Source: a candidate division WOR-3 bacterium (GTDB taxonomy: Bacteria; Hydrothermota; Tepidihabitantia; SM23-42; JAOAFX01). Taken from it: DNA of 60,211 nucleotides. A program made the position numbers and the translations under genes. The stretch spans positions 1-60,211 of the forward strand of contig JBDRWI010000005.1 in assembly GCA_039802265.1 (NCBI GenBank), given 5' to 3'. Positions within the stretch are counted from its first letter, which is position 1. Every line of letters starts with the position of its first letter. Below are positions 48,684 to 58,243 of this stretch, one piece after another. Under the pieces are notes generated by a model. That model made no database searches and had not been told where the DNA came from. It saw only the letters and a program-made list of their open reading frames with translations.

Positions 48684-51600
48684 TTAGTACTTGGCGGTAG
48701 TATATCTTTCAAGTGCAATTCGGGTTAAGATGCCGTTGATTTCAAGTTCCTTGTTGATTTCTCCTTTTTCCTCCCCCTCCAAAACCTCAAGGGCAAGGGT
48801 TTCGTTCTTCAGGTAGTCTAAATTTCTGATTATTGCCTGGCTTAATTTTGGCTCAGTTTTATAATATATCTTTATTCTATCGGTCAGATTGAAATCAGCC
48901 TCCTTGCGCAAGAGTTGTACCTTATGGATTAATTCCCGGACAAGCCCCTCGGCCTCAAGTTCCGGGGTTATCTCGGTCTTTATACCAACAATGTAGTTAT
49001 CTTCTTCAATAATAACCCAGTTTGCCTTTTCCCTTTTTCTTACCTCAACTTCCGCTCCGGTGATTTCGATTTCTTTATCTTTCAATCTATTTTTTAGTAT
49101 CCCCGTGGCGAGAAATTCTTTAATCCGGTCCTGGGATAGACTTTTTATCCATTCGCCAATTTCTTTTGAGAAAGGGCCGAATTTTGGACCGATTCGGTCA
49201 AACAGCGGGACAAGGCTATATTCATATAACTCATCAAAGGATTGGGCAACAGTTGCCTTTTTGATATTCAGTTCATCAAGGATAATGTCTAATCCGGATT
49301 GGTCGAGTGCCAGCGCATCCCTGGATAAACCAATAACCATTTCGGCAAGGGGCTGGCGCACCTTGATATTGACCCTGTTTCTTGCCGACCTGCCCATTGA
49401 GACAATCCTCTTTACCTGTGCCATCTCCTTTTCCAGTTCTAAATCAATCAATTTCTCATCGACTTCCGGATAATCACAGAGGTGAATGCTCAAGGGGGCA
49501 TTCGGGTCAACACTTCTAACCAGATTCTGATATAGCTCTTCAGTCCAGAAGGGCATAATTGGAGCGATTATCTTTATTAAATTCAAAAGGCAATTGTATA
49601 AGACTATGTAGGCGGTTTCTTTATCCAGGTCATTTTCCGATTTCCAGAATCTCCGCCGGTTCCTCCTTAGATACCAGTTTGACAGTTCATCAAAATACAA
49701 TTCCACTTCCTTTGCCACACCTGCAACATCATAATTGTTGTAGTATTCATCGCATCTCTTGATAAGGGAATTGGTTCTTGATAATATCCAGCGGTCAAGT
49801 TTGGTAAGATTTTGTATTGAAATACTCTTACCCTGAGGATTAAATTTATCAATGTTTGCGTATGTAACAAAGAAGGAATAGACATTCCACAGCGTCAAAA
49901 GTGTTCGCTTTATTTCATCGGCGGGTCCATAACCGAAATTGAGGTTCTGAACGGGATTGTGTCTGGCAAACATCCAGCGCATCACATCTGCACCCATCTT
50001 CTCTGCTGCGTCATCAAACCAGATGGCATTACCTTTGCTCTTGTGCATCTCCTCACCATGTTCATCCCTTACCAGTGCGTGCCCCAGGAGAACCTTAAAC
50101 GGTGGCTTTTTTTCCAGAACCGTGCTCATTGTCAGAATTGCATAGAACCAGTTTCTGAACTGCCCCGGAAAACATTCGGTTATGAAATCGGCGGGAAACC
50201 ACTCCTGCCAGTATGATTTGTCATAGGGATAGCCATTTTCCAGATTGTGCATATCATCGGGTGGCCTCAAGGTTGAATAGGGAACAATTCCCGCATCAAG
50301 CCAGGGATTACCCACATCCGGAATGCGGGACATCAATTCATTGCATCTTTCGCATCTAATCTTTATCTTATCAACCCACGGACGGTGCGGACTATGGCCA
50401 TCAAATTCTTCCCAGCCCATTACTGCGCGCTCTTTTAATTCTCTGCGCGAACCGATTACTACAAAATGTCCGCATTTACATTCCCAGATGGGAAGGGCAA
50501 GGCCCCAGTACCGCTTCTTTGAGATGCACCAATCTGCCATATTTCTTAGCCAGTCCAGTTCGCGGTCGAGTCCGTAATCAGGTATCCAGCGCTGGACCAT
50601 CTTTGCCACCTCGGCAATTTCATGGCGCAATGTTGCCATTGAGATGTACCATTCATCAACAAGTCTGAATATCAACTCACTATCACACCTCCAACATATA
50701 GGATAGCGATGGGTATAATCTTCAACATTATATAAGATTTTCCTTTTATTCAAGTCTTCAATGATTGCCTCGGTTACTTCATCTACATTCTTCCCCGTAA
50801 GCCAGCCAAAGCCGTCTATGTAGTATCCGAGTTCATCAAGAGGGGCAATTGTGGATAGTTTGAATTCTTTACCGAGGGCAAAGTCTTCTTTACCACAGCC
50901 CGGGGCAATATGGACCAGGCCGGTACCTTCAGTTTCACTTATCTCGGTCCAGGGAATCACCCGATGCACTACACCCTTTTGTGCGGGCAAATAATCAAAT
51001 GGTCCTTCATAAATTATATCCAGAAGTTTCTTCCCCGGTAATTCTTCGAGGACTTCGTAACTCCCTTTTAACACCTTTAACAATGCCTTGGCAAGATAAT
51101 ATATTGAGTCGTTATTTTTCACCCGGGCATATATAAAATCCGGGTGAACTGCCACTGCAGTATTTGAGGTCAAGGTCCAGGGAGTTGTGGTCCAGACTAA
51201 AAGATATTCCCCTTTTTTGTCTTTGATAGGGAATCGCACGAATACTGCCTTATGGGTCAATTCCTGATACCCCTCGGTGGCAATCTCCATATCACTTATT
51301 GCTGTCCCGCACCTTGCACACCAGGGCATTACATCGGTTCCCTTATATATAAAGCCACGCTCGTGACACTTCTTTAAAAAATACCAGATTGTATAATTGT
51401 TGACCTCACTCATTGTATAATAGGAGTGGCTCTTCTTTAACCAATCCTTATCATCAAGTGCCGTCCTCCATTCACCCCAGTCCATCCACATTCCCAGTCG
51501 GATGGATTGCTCGGTCTGAATTATTGAATATTTATGGACGCGCTCCATACACTTCTGGACAAATCTATCAATACCAAACTTCTCAATATCTCTTTTGGAA

Positions 51601-51911
51601 CTGAATCCCAATTCGCGTTCAACCTCCACCTCAACCCAGAGTCCCTGACAGTCAAAGCCATTCTGGTAGCGTTGTTCGTATCCTTTCATCGTCCGATACC
51701 GCTGGAAGATGTCTTTATAGGTCCTTCCCCAGGCATGGTGGACACCCATAGGATTATTAGCGGTAATTGGTCCATCCTGGAAAGACCACTTTTTCTTTCC
51801 CTTATTTTTCTTTAAATATAATGGAAGTATATCATTTTCTTCCCAGAACTTTAAAATCCTGTGCTCCAGTTTCGGAAAATCAAGTTCTTTTGGAATTGGC
51901 TTAAAATTCAT
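48684..51911 (-). CDS. ileS: Isoleucine--tRNA ligase, type 2; start moved to ATG 51911
   Basis: DGPITAN.MGVHH, GFDCQGL, WTTTPWTL, GTGLVHIAP, DWCISKKRYWG, EMHKSKGN, KVRQPL, EGLVRE. Confidence 0.96.
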   Translation of the reverse strand: MNFKPIPKELDFPKLEHRILKFWEENDILPLYLKKNKGKKKWSFQDGPITANNPMGVHHAWGRTYKDIFQRYRTMKGYEQRYQNGFDCQGLWVEVEVERELGFSSKRDIEKFGIDRFVQKCMERVHKYSIIQTEQSIRLGMWMDWGEWRTALDDKDWLKKSHSYYTMSEVNNYTIWYFLKKCHERGFIYKGTDVMPWCARCGTAISDMEIATEGYQELTHKAVFVRFPIKDKKGEYLLVWTTTPWTLTSNTAVAVHPDFIYARVKNNDSIYYLAKALLKVLKGSYEVLEELPGKKLLDIIYEGPFDYLPAQKGVVHRVIPWTEISETEGTGLVHIAPGCGKEDFALGKEFKLSTIAPLDELGYYIDGFGWLTGKNVDEVTEAIIEDLNKRKILYNVEDYTHRYPICWRCDSELIFRLVDEWYISMATLRHEIAEVAKMVQRWIPDYGLDRELDWLRNMADWCISKKRYWGLALPIWECKCGHFVVIGSRRELKERAVMGWEEFDGHSPHRPWVDKIKIRCERCNELMSRIPDVGNPWLDAGIVPYSTLRPPDDMHNLENGYPYDKSYWQEWFPADFITECFPGQFRNWFYAILTMSTVLEKKPPFKVLLGHALVRDEHGEEMHKSKGNAIWFDDAAEKMGADVMRWMFARHNPVQNLNFGYGPADEIKRTLLTLWNVYSFFVTYANIDKFNPQGKSISIQNLTKLDRWILSRTNSLIKRCDEYYNNYDVAGVAKEVELYFDELSNWYLRRNRRRFWKSENDLDKETAYIVLYNCLLNLIKIIAPIMPFWTEELYQNLVRSVDPNAPLSIHLCDYPEVDEKLIDLELEKEMAQVKRIVSMGRSARNRVNIKVRQPLAEMVIGLSRDALALDQSGLDIILDELNIKKATVAQSFDELYEYSLVPLFDRIGPKFGPFSKEIGEWIKSLSQDRIKEFLATGILKNRLKDKEIEITGAEVEVRKREKANWVIIEEDNYIVGIKTEITPELEAEGLVRELIHKVQLLRKEADFNLTDRIKIYYKTEPKLSQAIIRNLDYLKNETLALEVLEGEEKGEINKELEINGILTRIALERYTTAKY

Positions 51912-51918
51912 AAGTTTT

Positions 51919-51946
51919 ATTATATTCAAATTTTTTTATTTGTAAA
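51919..51946 (-). promoter_or_regulatory. Sigma70-like promoter of ileS, probably leaderless
   Basis: TTTACA-N16-TATAAT, 7 nt to ATG 51911. Confidence 0.68.
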
Positions 51947-51961
51947 GTTTTAAATGGGCAG

Positions 51962-51989
51962 TTGACTTTGTAAATAATTTAATTAAAAT
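51962..51989 (+). promoter_or_regulatory. Sigma70-like promoter of bioY operon
   Basis: TTGACT-N16-TAAAAT; GGAG SD before ATG 52006. Confidence 0.65.
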
Positions 51990-52005
51990 ATTGTATGGAG
52001 ACATA

Positions 52006-52587
52006 ATGGCACTAGCGAAATCAATGACATTTTCCGGTTATTATGAATGGCTGGAAAGGTTGACCCTGACTGAAAGGCTGTTTCTTACTCTGGTATTTTC
52101 AGGTCTTACCGGTCTTTTTGCCCAATTTAGAATCGCCCTTCCCTTTACACCAATTCCTTTGACCGGGCAGGTCTTTGCTGTCCTTTTAAGCGGGATTATC
52201 CTGAAAGGAGTTTATGGGGGTCTGGCAATGCTCTTTTATCTTCTTTTAGGGTTTGCCGGATTACCCTGGTTTAGTGGTTTTAAACCCGGACTACCAATCG
52301 GTCCCACAACTGGCTATATCATTGGTTTTATTCCGGCTGCACTCTTTGTGGGACTATTGGGATTTCAGAGTTCGCGGTTTATCAATCAGCTATTAGTGAT
52401 GTTTGTTGCGGTCTTAATCATCTATTGCACAGGTACCCTTCATCTGGCACTCTTTATGAATCTGAATCTGAGTCAGGCATTGTTTATGGGTGTCTTGCCC
52501 TTTATTCCGCTGGATTTGGTCAAGGTATTAATTGTAGCATCCATTTCAAGATTCCTGGTTATTGCCAGCGGAATAGGCAAAAGATAG
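52006..52587 (+). CDS. bioY: Biotin transporter S-component; start moved to ATG 52006
   Basis: PFTPIPLTGQ, GLPWFSG, GPTTGYIIGF, PFIPLDLVK. Confidence 0.92.
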   Translation: MALAKSMTFSGYYEWLERLTLTERLFLTLVFSGLTGLFAQFRIALPFTPIPLTGQVFAVLLSGIILKGVYGGLAMLFYLLLGFAGLPWFSGFKPGLPIGPTTGYIIGFIPAALFVGLLGFQSSRFINQLLVMFVAVLIIYCTGTLHLALFMNLNLSQALFMGVLPFIPLDLVKVLIVASISRFLVIASGIGKR

Positions 52588-52678
52588 AGGGGCGTTGTTG
52601 AGTCCAATATCAAGGGATTATAAGGGATTCTACAACCCCTTCCATAGATTTATAACGATATTTACAGGAGTGTTAATT

Positions 52679-54079
52679 ATGGCACAGGGTTGTAGTGCTG
52701 GAGAATATCGGGAGTCAATCCATGCGGGGAGCTGGTATCCAGGTAGAGAGAAGGATTTAAAAAGTGTAATACAAACCTATCTTGAAAATGCAAGGACCAA
52801 GGTCCTGGGCGAAATTTATGGATTGATTTCCCCCCATGCCGGTTACATGTACTCTGGACCGGTCGCCGCATTTGCTTATAAGGTAATAGCCGGCAGGGAA
52901 TATGATGATGTAATAATCATTGGTCCGAGCCACTACCATGGATTCGCTGGTGCATCAATTGATAAATTGAGGGGAAGAAGGACACCATTGGGAGTGGTTG
53001 AATATGACCTGGAACTTGCCGAGCGCATAATAAAAGAGAATCCAAAGATTTTGCGCTATGAACCACCTGCCCATGACGAGGAACACTCGGTTGAGATTCA
53101 GGTGCCATTTTTACAGGTTGTCCTGAAGAATTTCAAGAGTGTGGAAATCATAATGGGCACACAGGATTATCAAACCTGTCAGGCATTGTCCGAGGCAATT
53201 GTAAAGGCAGTAAAGGGAAAGAAGGTCTTGATTGTGGCAAGTTCAGACCTTTCCCATTATCACGCGCAGAAAACCGCTGAAGAAATGGATAATCTGGTTA
53301 TTGATGCGGTGGATAAGTTTGACCCTGAGGTTTTATATAAGCGACTGAGCACTGATAGTTGTGAGGCCTGCGGTGGTGGTCCAATTATTGTGGCGATGCT
53401 TGTAGCCAAGAAGTTAGGCGCAGATAAGGCAAAAATTTTAATGTATGCCACAAGCGGTAACATTAGCGGTGATTATTCCAGGGTGGTTGGTTATCTCGCA
53501 GCTGCATTGGTGAAGGCAGAAGAGGAATCAGTGGGAGTTGACCTGGGTTTTACGGATGAAGAGAAAAAGATTTTAAAAGAGATTGCGACAAAGACTATTG
53601 AGGCGGCGGTCAGGGGAAAGAAATTACCGGAGTTTAAAGACCTGCCCGAAAGATTAAAACAGCCATATGGTGTCTTTGTTACCATCAATAAACACGGAAA
53701 TCTGAGGGGGTGTATCGGACATATCTATGCCGATAAGCCCCTTTATCTTGCCTGTCAGGAGATGGCAAGGGCAGCAGCCCTGGAGGATCCGCGGTTCAAT
53801 CCGGTTAGTGAAAAGGAACTGCCTGAATTGGAGATAGAAATTTCCGTCCTCACGCCGTTTGAGCGGGTAAAGGATATAAAAGAGATAGTAATCGGTCGTG
53901 ATGGCCTGATTGTAAGAAGGGGATATTACAGTGGTTTACTATTGCCTCAGGTTGCCACTGAATACGGCTGGGATGTGGTAGAATTCTTGGAGCATACATG
54001 TGAAAAGGCAGGACTTCCCAAAGATGCCTATAAGTTGAAGGATACTGAAATCTACCGATTTTCAGCGCAGGTATTTTAA
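52679..54079 (+). CDS. AmmeMemoRadiSam protein B (MEMO-like) fused to protein A (AMMECR1-like); SD supports ATG 52679, alternative start 52595
   Basis: AGSWYP, PHAGYMYSG, GPSH, EHSVE.Q.PF, SSDLSHY, CGGGP; then GVFVT...LRGCIG, DPRF, EISVL, GRDGL, LLPQV. Confidence 0.92.
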   Translation: MAQGCSAGEYRESIHAGSWYPGREKDLKSVIQTYLENARTKVLGEIYGLISPHAGYMYSGPVAAFAYKVIAGREYDDVIIIGPSHYHGFAGASIDKLRGRRTPLGVVEYDLELAERIIKENPKILRYEPPAHDEEHSVEIQVPFLQVVLKNFKSVEIIMGTQDYQTCQALSEAIVKAVKGKKVLIVASSDLSHYHAQKTAEEMDNLVIDAVDKFDPEVLYKRLSTDSCEACGGGPIIVAMLVAKKLGADKAKILMYATSGNISGDYSRVVGYLAAALVKAEEESVGVDLGFTDEEKKILKEIATKTIEAAVRGKKLPEFKDLPERLKQPYGVFVTINKHGNLRGCIGHIYADKPLYLACQEMARAAALEDPRFNPVSEKELPELEIEISVLTPFERVKDIKEIVIGRDGLIVRRGYYSGLLLPQVATEYGWDVVEFLEHTCEKAGLPKDAYKLKDTEIYRFSAQVF

Positions 54080-54151
54080 TGGATAAGGATTTTAGAAGAA
54101 CGGTGTTAGGGCTGGAATGGGAATACTTAGGGGTTTAGAGAATTGGTCAAG

Positions 54152-54826
54152 ATGGTAGAAAAGGTCTTTATCGAGCCTTTCCGGGAACTTGAATTTGCAA
54201 AACTCGACTTACATCGCGAAAAGAGAAAGGGATTTCCCGAGGTAATCTTCTGTCCGGGCAAGAGTAAAGAACAGATAATAGAGTGCGCCTCCGGGCTGTA
54301 TAAGATCCATAAAAGGGTGCTTCTGACAAGGGTAGATACAGAGATAGCACGTATTTTGAAGAAAAGATTCCCAAAAGGTAAATATTATAAAGATGCGCGA
54401 CTCTTTTACGTGGGGAAGATGGATAAGGAGAAAGGTCTGGTTATTGTCTTGGCTGCCGGAACCGGTGATATTCCGGTTGCCGAGGAATCGGCAATTACCG
54501 CCCGGATTTTAGGCAGTCAGGTAAAGAGGATATACGATGTCGGGGTTGCGGGAATCCATCGGCTTTTAGCCTTTCAAAAAGAGATTGAAAAGGCAAGGGT
54601 TTTGATTGTGGTTGCGGGTATGGATGGAGTTTTGCCTTCGGTTGTCGGTGGGCTATTTTCAAAGCCGGTGATTGCCGTGCCCACAAGCATTGGTTACGGT
54701 GCAAACTTTAATGGCCTGGCACCACTTTTAACCATGCTCAATTGTTGTGCCCCGGGGGTTGCGGTGGTGAATATAGACAATGGTTTTGGGGCAGGTTTTA
54801 TTGCCGCACTCATCAATCGGCTATGA
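54152..54826 (+). CDS. larB: Nickel-pincer cofactor biosynthesis protein LarB
   Basis: FAKLDLHR...GFPEVIF, AGTGD.PVAEE, DVGVAGIHRL, AGMDG.LPSV, VPTSIGYG, VVNIDNGFGA. Confidence 0.92.
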   Translation: MVEKVFIEPFRELEFAKLDLHREKRKGFPEVIFCPGKSKEQIIECASGLYKIHKRVLLTRVDTEIARILKKRFPKGKYYKDARLFYVGKMDKEKGLVIVLAAGTGDIPVAEESAITARILGSQVKRIYDVGVAGIHRLLAFQKEIEKARVLIVVAGMDGVLPSVVGGLFSKPVIAVPTSIGYGANFNGLAPLLTMLNCCAPGVAVVNIDNGFGAGFIAALINRL

Positions 54827-55479
54827 TTACCTTTGAAAAGGTGAGTAAGGTCTATCAGAAAAACTGGGTTGCCCTTGATGATATAACCTTTGAAATAGCC
54901 AAGGGTGAATTCGTATTTCTTACCGGTCCAACCGGTGCCGGTAAGAGCACAATTCTGAAACTGATCTATAAAGAAGAAGAACCCACCAAAGGAATAATTA
55001 AGGTAATGGATTATCATCTCCGCCTCTTAAAGAAAAAGGACATTCCACAATTGCGGAGGAAGATTGGCATAATCTTTCAGGACTTCAAATTACTCCAGGA
55101 TCGGACGGTGGAAGAAAATGTTGCCTTTGCCCTTGAGGTCACTGATACACCACCGAGGGATTTAAAGAAAAAAGTTCTGGATGTGCTGACTTATCTGCGT
55201 CTCAGCCATAAAAAGTTTAATTATCCCTATCAGCTTTCAGGTGGAGAACAACAGAAGGTATCCATTGCCCGGGCATTGGTCCGTGACCCTTATATCCTCC
55301 TTGCCGATGAACCAACCGGAAATCTTGACCTGAAGAGCTCCCAGGAGATACTTGATGTCCTCCTTGACATAAACTATAAGGGGACAACCGTCCTTATGGC
55401 AACCCATAATCAGGTATTGGTAAGAAAGACAAAGCGGCGCATAATTTCACTTAAAGAAGGTAAATTGGTCTCGGAATAG
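54823..55479 (+). CDS. ftsE: Cell division ABC ATPase FtsE; start moved to ATG 54823 (ATGA overlap with larB)
   Basis: GPTGAGKST, FQDFKLL, LSGGEQQ, LADEPTGNLD; upstream of ftsX. Confidence 0.95.
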   Translation: MITFEKVSKVYQKNWVALDDITFEIAKGEFVFLTGPTGAGKSTILKLIYKEEEPTKGIIKVMDYHLRLLKKKDIPQLRRKIGIIFQDFKLLQDRTVEENVAFALEVTDTPPRDLKKKVLDVLTYLRLSHKKFNYPYQLSGGEQQKVSIARALVRDPYILLADEPTGNLDLKSSQEILDVLLDINYKGTTVLMATHNQVLVRKTKRRIISLKEGKLVSE

Positions 55480-55481
55480 AA

Positions 55482-56330
55482 ATGGTACTGACAATTGGAA
55501 TAAGGGAAGGAATAAGAACAATCATCAGAAACAGTTCGCTCTTTATCCTTTCGCTTTTAGTTACAGCCATATCATTCTTCCTCTTTTCCCTCTTTAGCCT
55601 CGTTACTTTAAATCTCTACCACCTTTTACAATTCTTAAGTGAAAAGATTGAGATTATTGCCTTTCTTGATGAACATGCCGACAATGTCGTGCTGAAGTCC
55701 AATATTTCACGCATCAACGGAGTTATCGAGGTAATCTATATATCGAGTGAACAGGCACTGGAGGAATTACAGAAAGAGGTTGTAGAAACCGAAGAGGTAT
55801 TGAGGGTCTTTGAAGAGAATCCACTGCCTGCCTCTTTTCGGATAAAGGTTGCACCGGAATTTCGTAATAGTCGGGGATTGAGGGAGTTGAGCGAGAAGAT
55901 TATGCTCTTAAAGGGTGTAAAAGAGACGATATATGGTGGAGAACTCGTTGACCAGCTCAGAGGTTTTACCCGGGTCGTGACCTATTTTGATATCGGGCTA
56001 TTGATAATAATCACCCTTGCCGTTATCTTTGTTACCTTCCAGACCATAAAGTTAACAATCTTTGCCCGGGCAAACGAGATTGAGATAATGAAACTTGTCG
56101 GTGCACAAAATTCGCTTATCTCAATTCCTTTTATTTTTCAAGGATTGGTCCAGGGACTTTTTGGTGGTTTGATTGCCTTTTTCCTGCTCGTTTTAACTGC
56201 CCGTGTTGCCACTCCATTTTTTTCCATACCATACTTTCCAAGGATATTATTATTTTTGATCAATCTCCTTTTTGGAACGGTCTTTGGCGTTATTGGTTCA
56301 TTAATTGCAATGAGGCGATTCCTAAAATGA
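55482..56330 (+). CDS. ftsX: Cell division permease FtsX
   Basis: NPLPAS, TIKLTIFAR..EIEIMKLVGA; four TMs. Confidence 0.93.
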   Translation: MVLTIGIREGIRTIIRNSSLFILSLLVTAISFFLFSLFSLVTLNLYHLLQFLSEKIEIIAFLDEHADNVVLKSNISRINGVIEVIYISSEQALEELQKEVVETEEVLRVFEENPLPASFRIKVAPEFRNSRGLRELSEKIMLLKGVKETIYGGELVDQLRGFTRVVTYFDIGLLIIITLAVIFVTFQTIKLTIFARANEIEIMKLVGAQNSLISIPFIFQGLVQGLFGGLIAFFLLVLTARVATPFFSIPYFPRILLFLINLLFGTVFGVIGSLIAMRRFLK

Positions 56331-57433
56331 ACTTTCTAATAATCTTTGTAATTTTATTTCAGGTCAATCAGAAACAGAAGGAACTGGATGAACTTAAATC
56401 CAGGTTAAATCAGGCACGCCAGGAGATAAAACAACTGGAGAAGGAGAAGGTTGGTACACTTGCCCGGATTGAGAAGATTGATGAGGCGATAAATCTAACG
56501 GTTGCATATATAGACAAATTGACGGCGGAGGAGGCACAGGAAAGATTGAGGGTGCAGGAGCTGGACAGGGAGATCGCCCGTGCCGAATCAAAGATGAGGC
56601 AACATAAGGAAGAGCTAAGGGAAAGGCTTATCCGGCTCTATAAATGGACACCATTCTATAAACTTGAGGTTTTATTTTCTAAGAAATCAATTCCCCAGAT
56701 TCTCTCTACTTCCTATTATCTTCAACTTCTTGCGCGCAATGACCAGAAGGTTTTCAATGAATTCAAACGGGACTGGGAAAAATACCTCATTGATAAGAAA
56801 TTAAGAGAGGATTTAATATTAATCCTTGAAAACCGTAAGATTGAGAAAGAACAGGAACTTGTATTATTAAATAAAGAGCGGAAGGAAAAGGAACAGATTC
56901 TTGATGAGGTTAGTAAGAAAGAGAAGGAGAAGAGGAATTTAGAAAAGGAACTGAAGAGTGCCCAGCGGAGGCTTGAGGAGCTGATTATCTCTTTACAGAA
57001 GAAGACAGAAAAGTCAAGCAGCGGCCAGAGTTATTTTGAGGCTAATCGCGGTAAACTGCCCTGGCCCTGTCAGGGGCGTGTCGTATCAAAATTTGGTAAG
57101 GTAATCCATCCCAAGTATAATACTACAACAAAGAATAACGGCATTGATATTGCTGGTAATTTTGGCGATAATGTCTATGCCATTGCATCAGGGAAGGTTG
57201 CCTATGCTGGTAGATTTATGGGATATGGAAATTTAATCCTCCTTGACCACCTTGATGGATTCTATTCATTATACGGACATCTCTCTGAGATTCTTGTTAA
57301 AGTGGGTGAGGAAGTCAGCAAGGGTAGAATAATTGGAAGAATCGGTGAAAGCGGTTCATTATCCGGTCCAATGCTCCACTTTGAATTACGCAAGGATGGC
57401 AAGTCTGTTGATCCCCTGCTTTACCTTGAATAG
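56327..57433 (+). CDS. envC: Murein hydrolase activator EnvC (coiled coil + degenerate M23)
   Basis: LPWP, NNGIDI, YGNLILLDH, LHFELR; follows ftsEX. Confidence 0.88.
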   Translation: MNFLIIFVILFQVNQKQKELDELKSRLNQARQEIKQLEKEKVGTLARIEKIDEAINLTVAYIDKLTAEEAQERLRVQELDREIARAESKMRQHKEELRERLIRLYKWTPFYKLEVLFSKKSIPQILSTSYYLQLLARNDQKVFNEFKRDWEKYLIDKKLREDLILILENRKIEKEQELVLLNKERKEKEQILDEVSKKEKEKRNLEKELKSAQRRLEELIISLQKKTEKSSSGQSYFEANRGKLPWPCQGRVVSKFGKVIHPKYNTTTKNNGIDIAGNFGDNVYAIASGKVAYAGRFMGYGNLILLDHLDGFYSLYGHLSEILVKVGEEVSKGRIIGRIGESGSLSGPMLHFELRKDGKSVDPLLYLE

Positions 57434-57461
57434 ATTTATTCAAAGAGATTAACTAATGTTC

Positions 57462-57836
57462 CTATTGAATCTTAATGAGGTTGAATTTTAGGCTGACCTT
57501 TTCAAGGTTGGTTTCAGCATCGAAGTTATACATCTTTGCCCCAACATAGGCATCGGCCAGTGAATAACCGAATAAAAAGAGTTCCCACCATAGAAAAGAA
57601 TTTCTATTTGAATAATTCCCCGCAAGATGATTTTTATAGGCATAGTAACCAAGGGTAATCTCGCCCGCTCCAATTATCACCCCGGGTATATATCTTTCAG
57701 TGTAGAACTGTCCACCTCCAGGGAATACACATAAAAGCATTGCAATTTTTGCAGACTTCTCCTCTGCGAAGGATTGATCTGGTAAAATTAGTATCAATAG
57801 AAATGTAATCACCACCCCGAATTTTTTAAACATCAT
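57462..57836 (-). CDS. Small membrane hypothetical protein (TM2/DUF5683-like)
   Basis: Signal-like N-terminus; PGGGQFY and DAYV.A motifs. Confidence 0.6.
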   Translation of the reverse strand: MMFKKFGVVITFLLILILPDQSFAEEKSAKIAMLLCVFPGGGQFYTERYIPGVIIGAGEITLGYYAYKNHLAGNYSNRNSFLWWELFLFGYSLADAYVGAKMYNFDAETNLEKVSLKFNLIKIQ

Positions 57837-58243
57837 TTGGTATACTTATATTCAAATCTCTCAACTGAATCAGCAACCGCAATTATATACAAGTTGTAGT
57901 AATCAATTCTCTGTTCACTCAAAAAACGCAGCAAATCACCTGCCCGCTCAAGTGCCCGGGGAGCGGAAATGTAAATCTCTATACCCTTATAATTGCGGTC
58001 TAAATTTCTCAAGATTTCAACCTCCCCATAAGGGGTCAATCGGTTATCTTTAAAGAATCTTTCCGGTGGAAAACGGTTCCTGTCTCCGGTAATTTCCCGA
58101 TGGTCTTTTACCGTTTCCTCCCACATCTTAATTTCATCCTCAAGCTTTGTAATTTTTTTGCTCAATGGCTGGTATTTTACACTGTAGATATAATAAAGAA
58201 TTATCGCAAAAATCAATGCCACTACCCATCCCAAATATCTCAT
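57833..58243 (-). CDS. Hypothetical protein with N-terminal TM and short coiled coil
   Basis: ATGA-coupled to valS and to the next gene. Confidence 0.65.
   Translation of the reverse strand: MRYLGWVVALIFAIILYYIYSVKYQPLSKKITKLEDEIKMWEETVKDHREITGDRNRFPPERFFKDNRLTPYGEVEILRNLDRNYKGIEIYISAPRALERAGDLLRFLSEQRIDYYNLYIIAVADSVERFEYKYTK

Noticed and set aside
54742..54822. Cys-rich N-terminal extension of FtsE
   Set aside because: It lies inside larB in another frame; the ATGA overlap at 54823 gives a canonical FtsE start.
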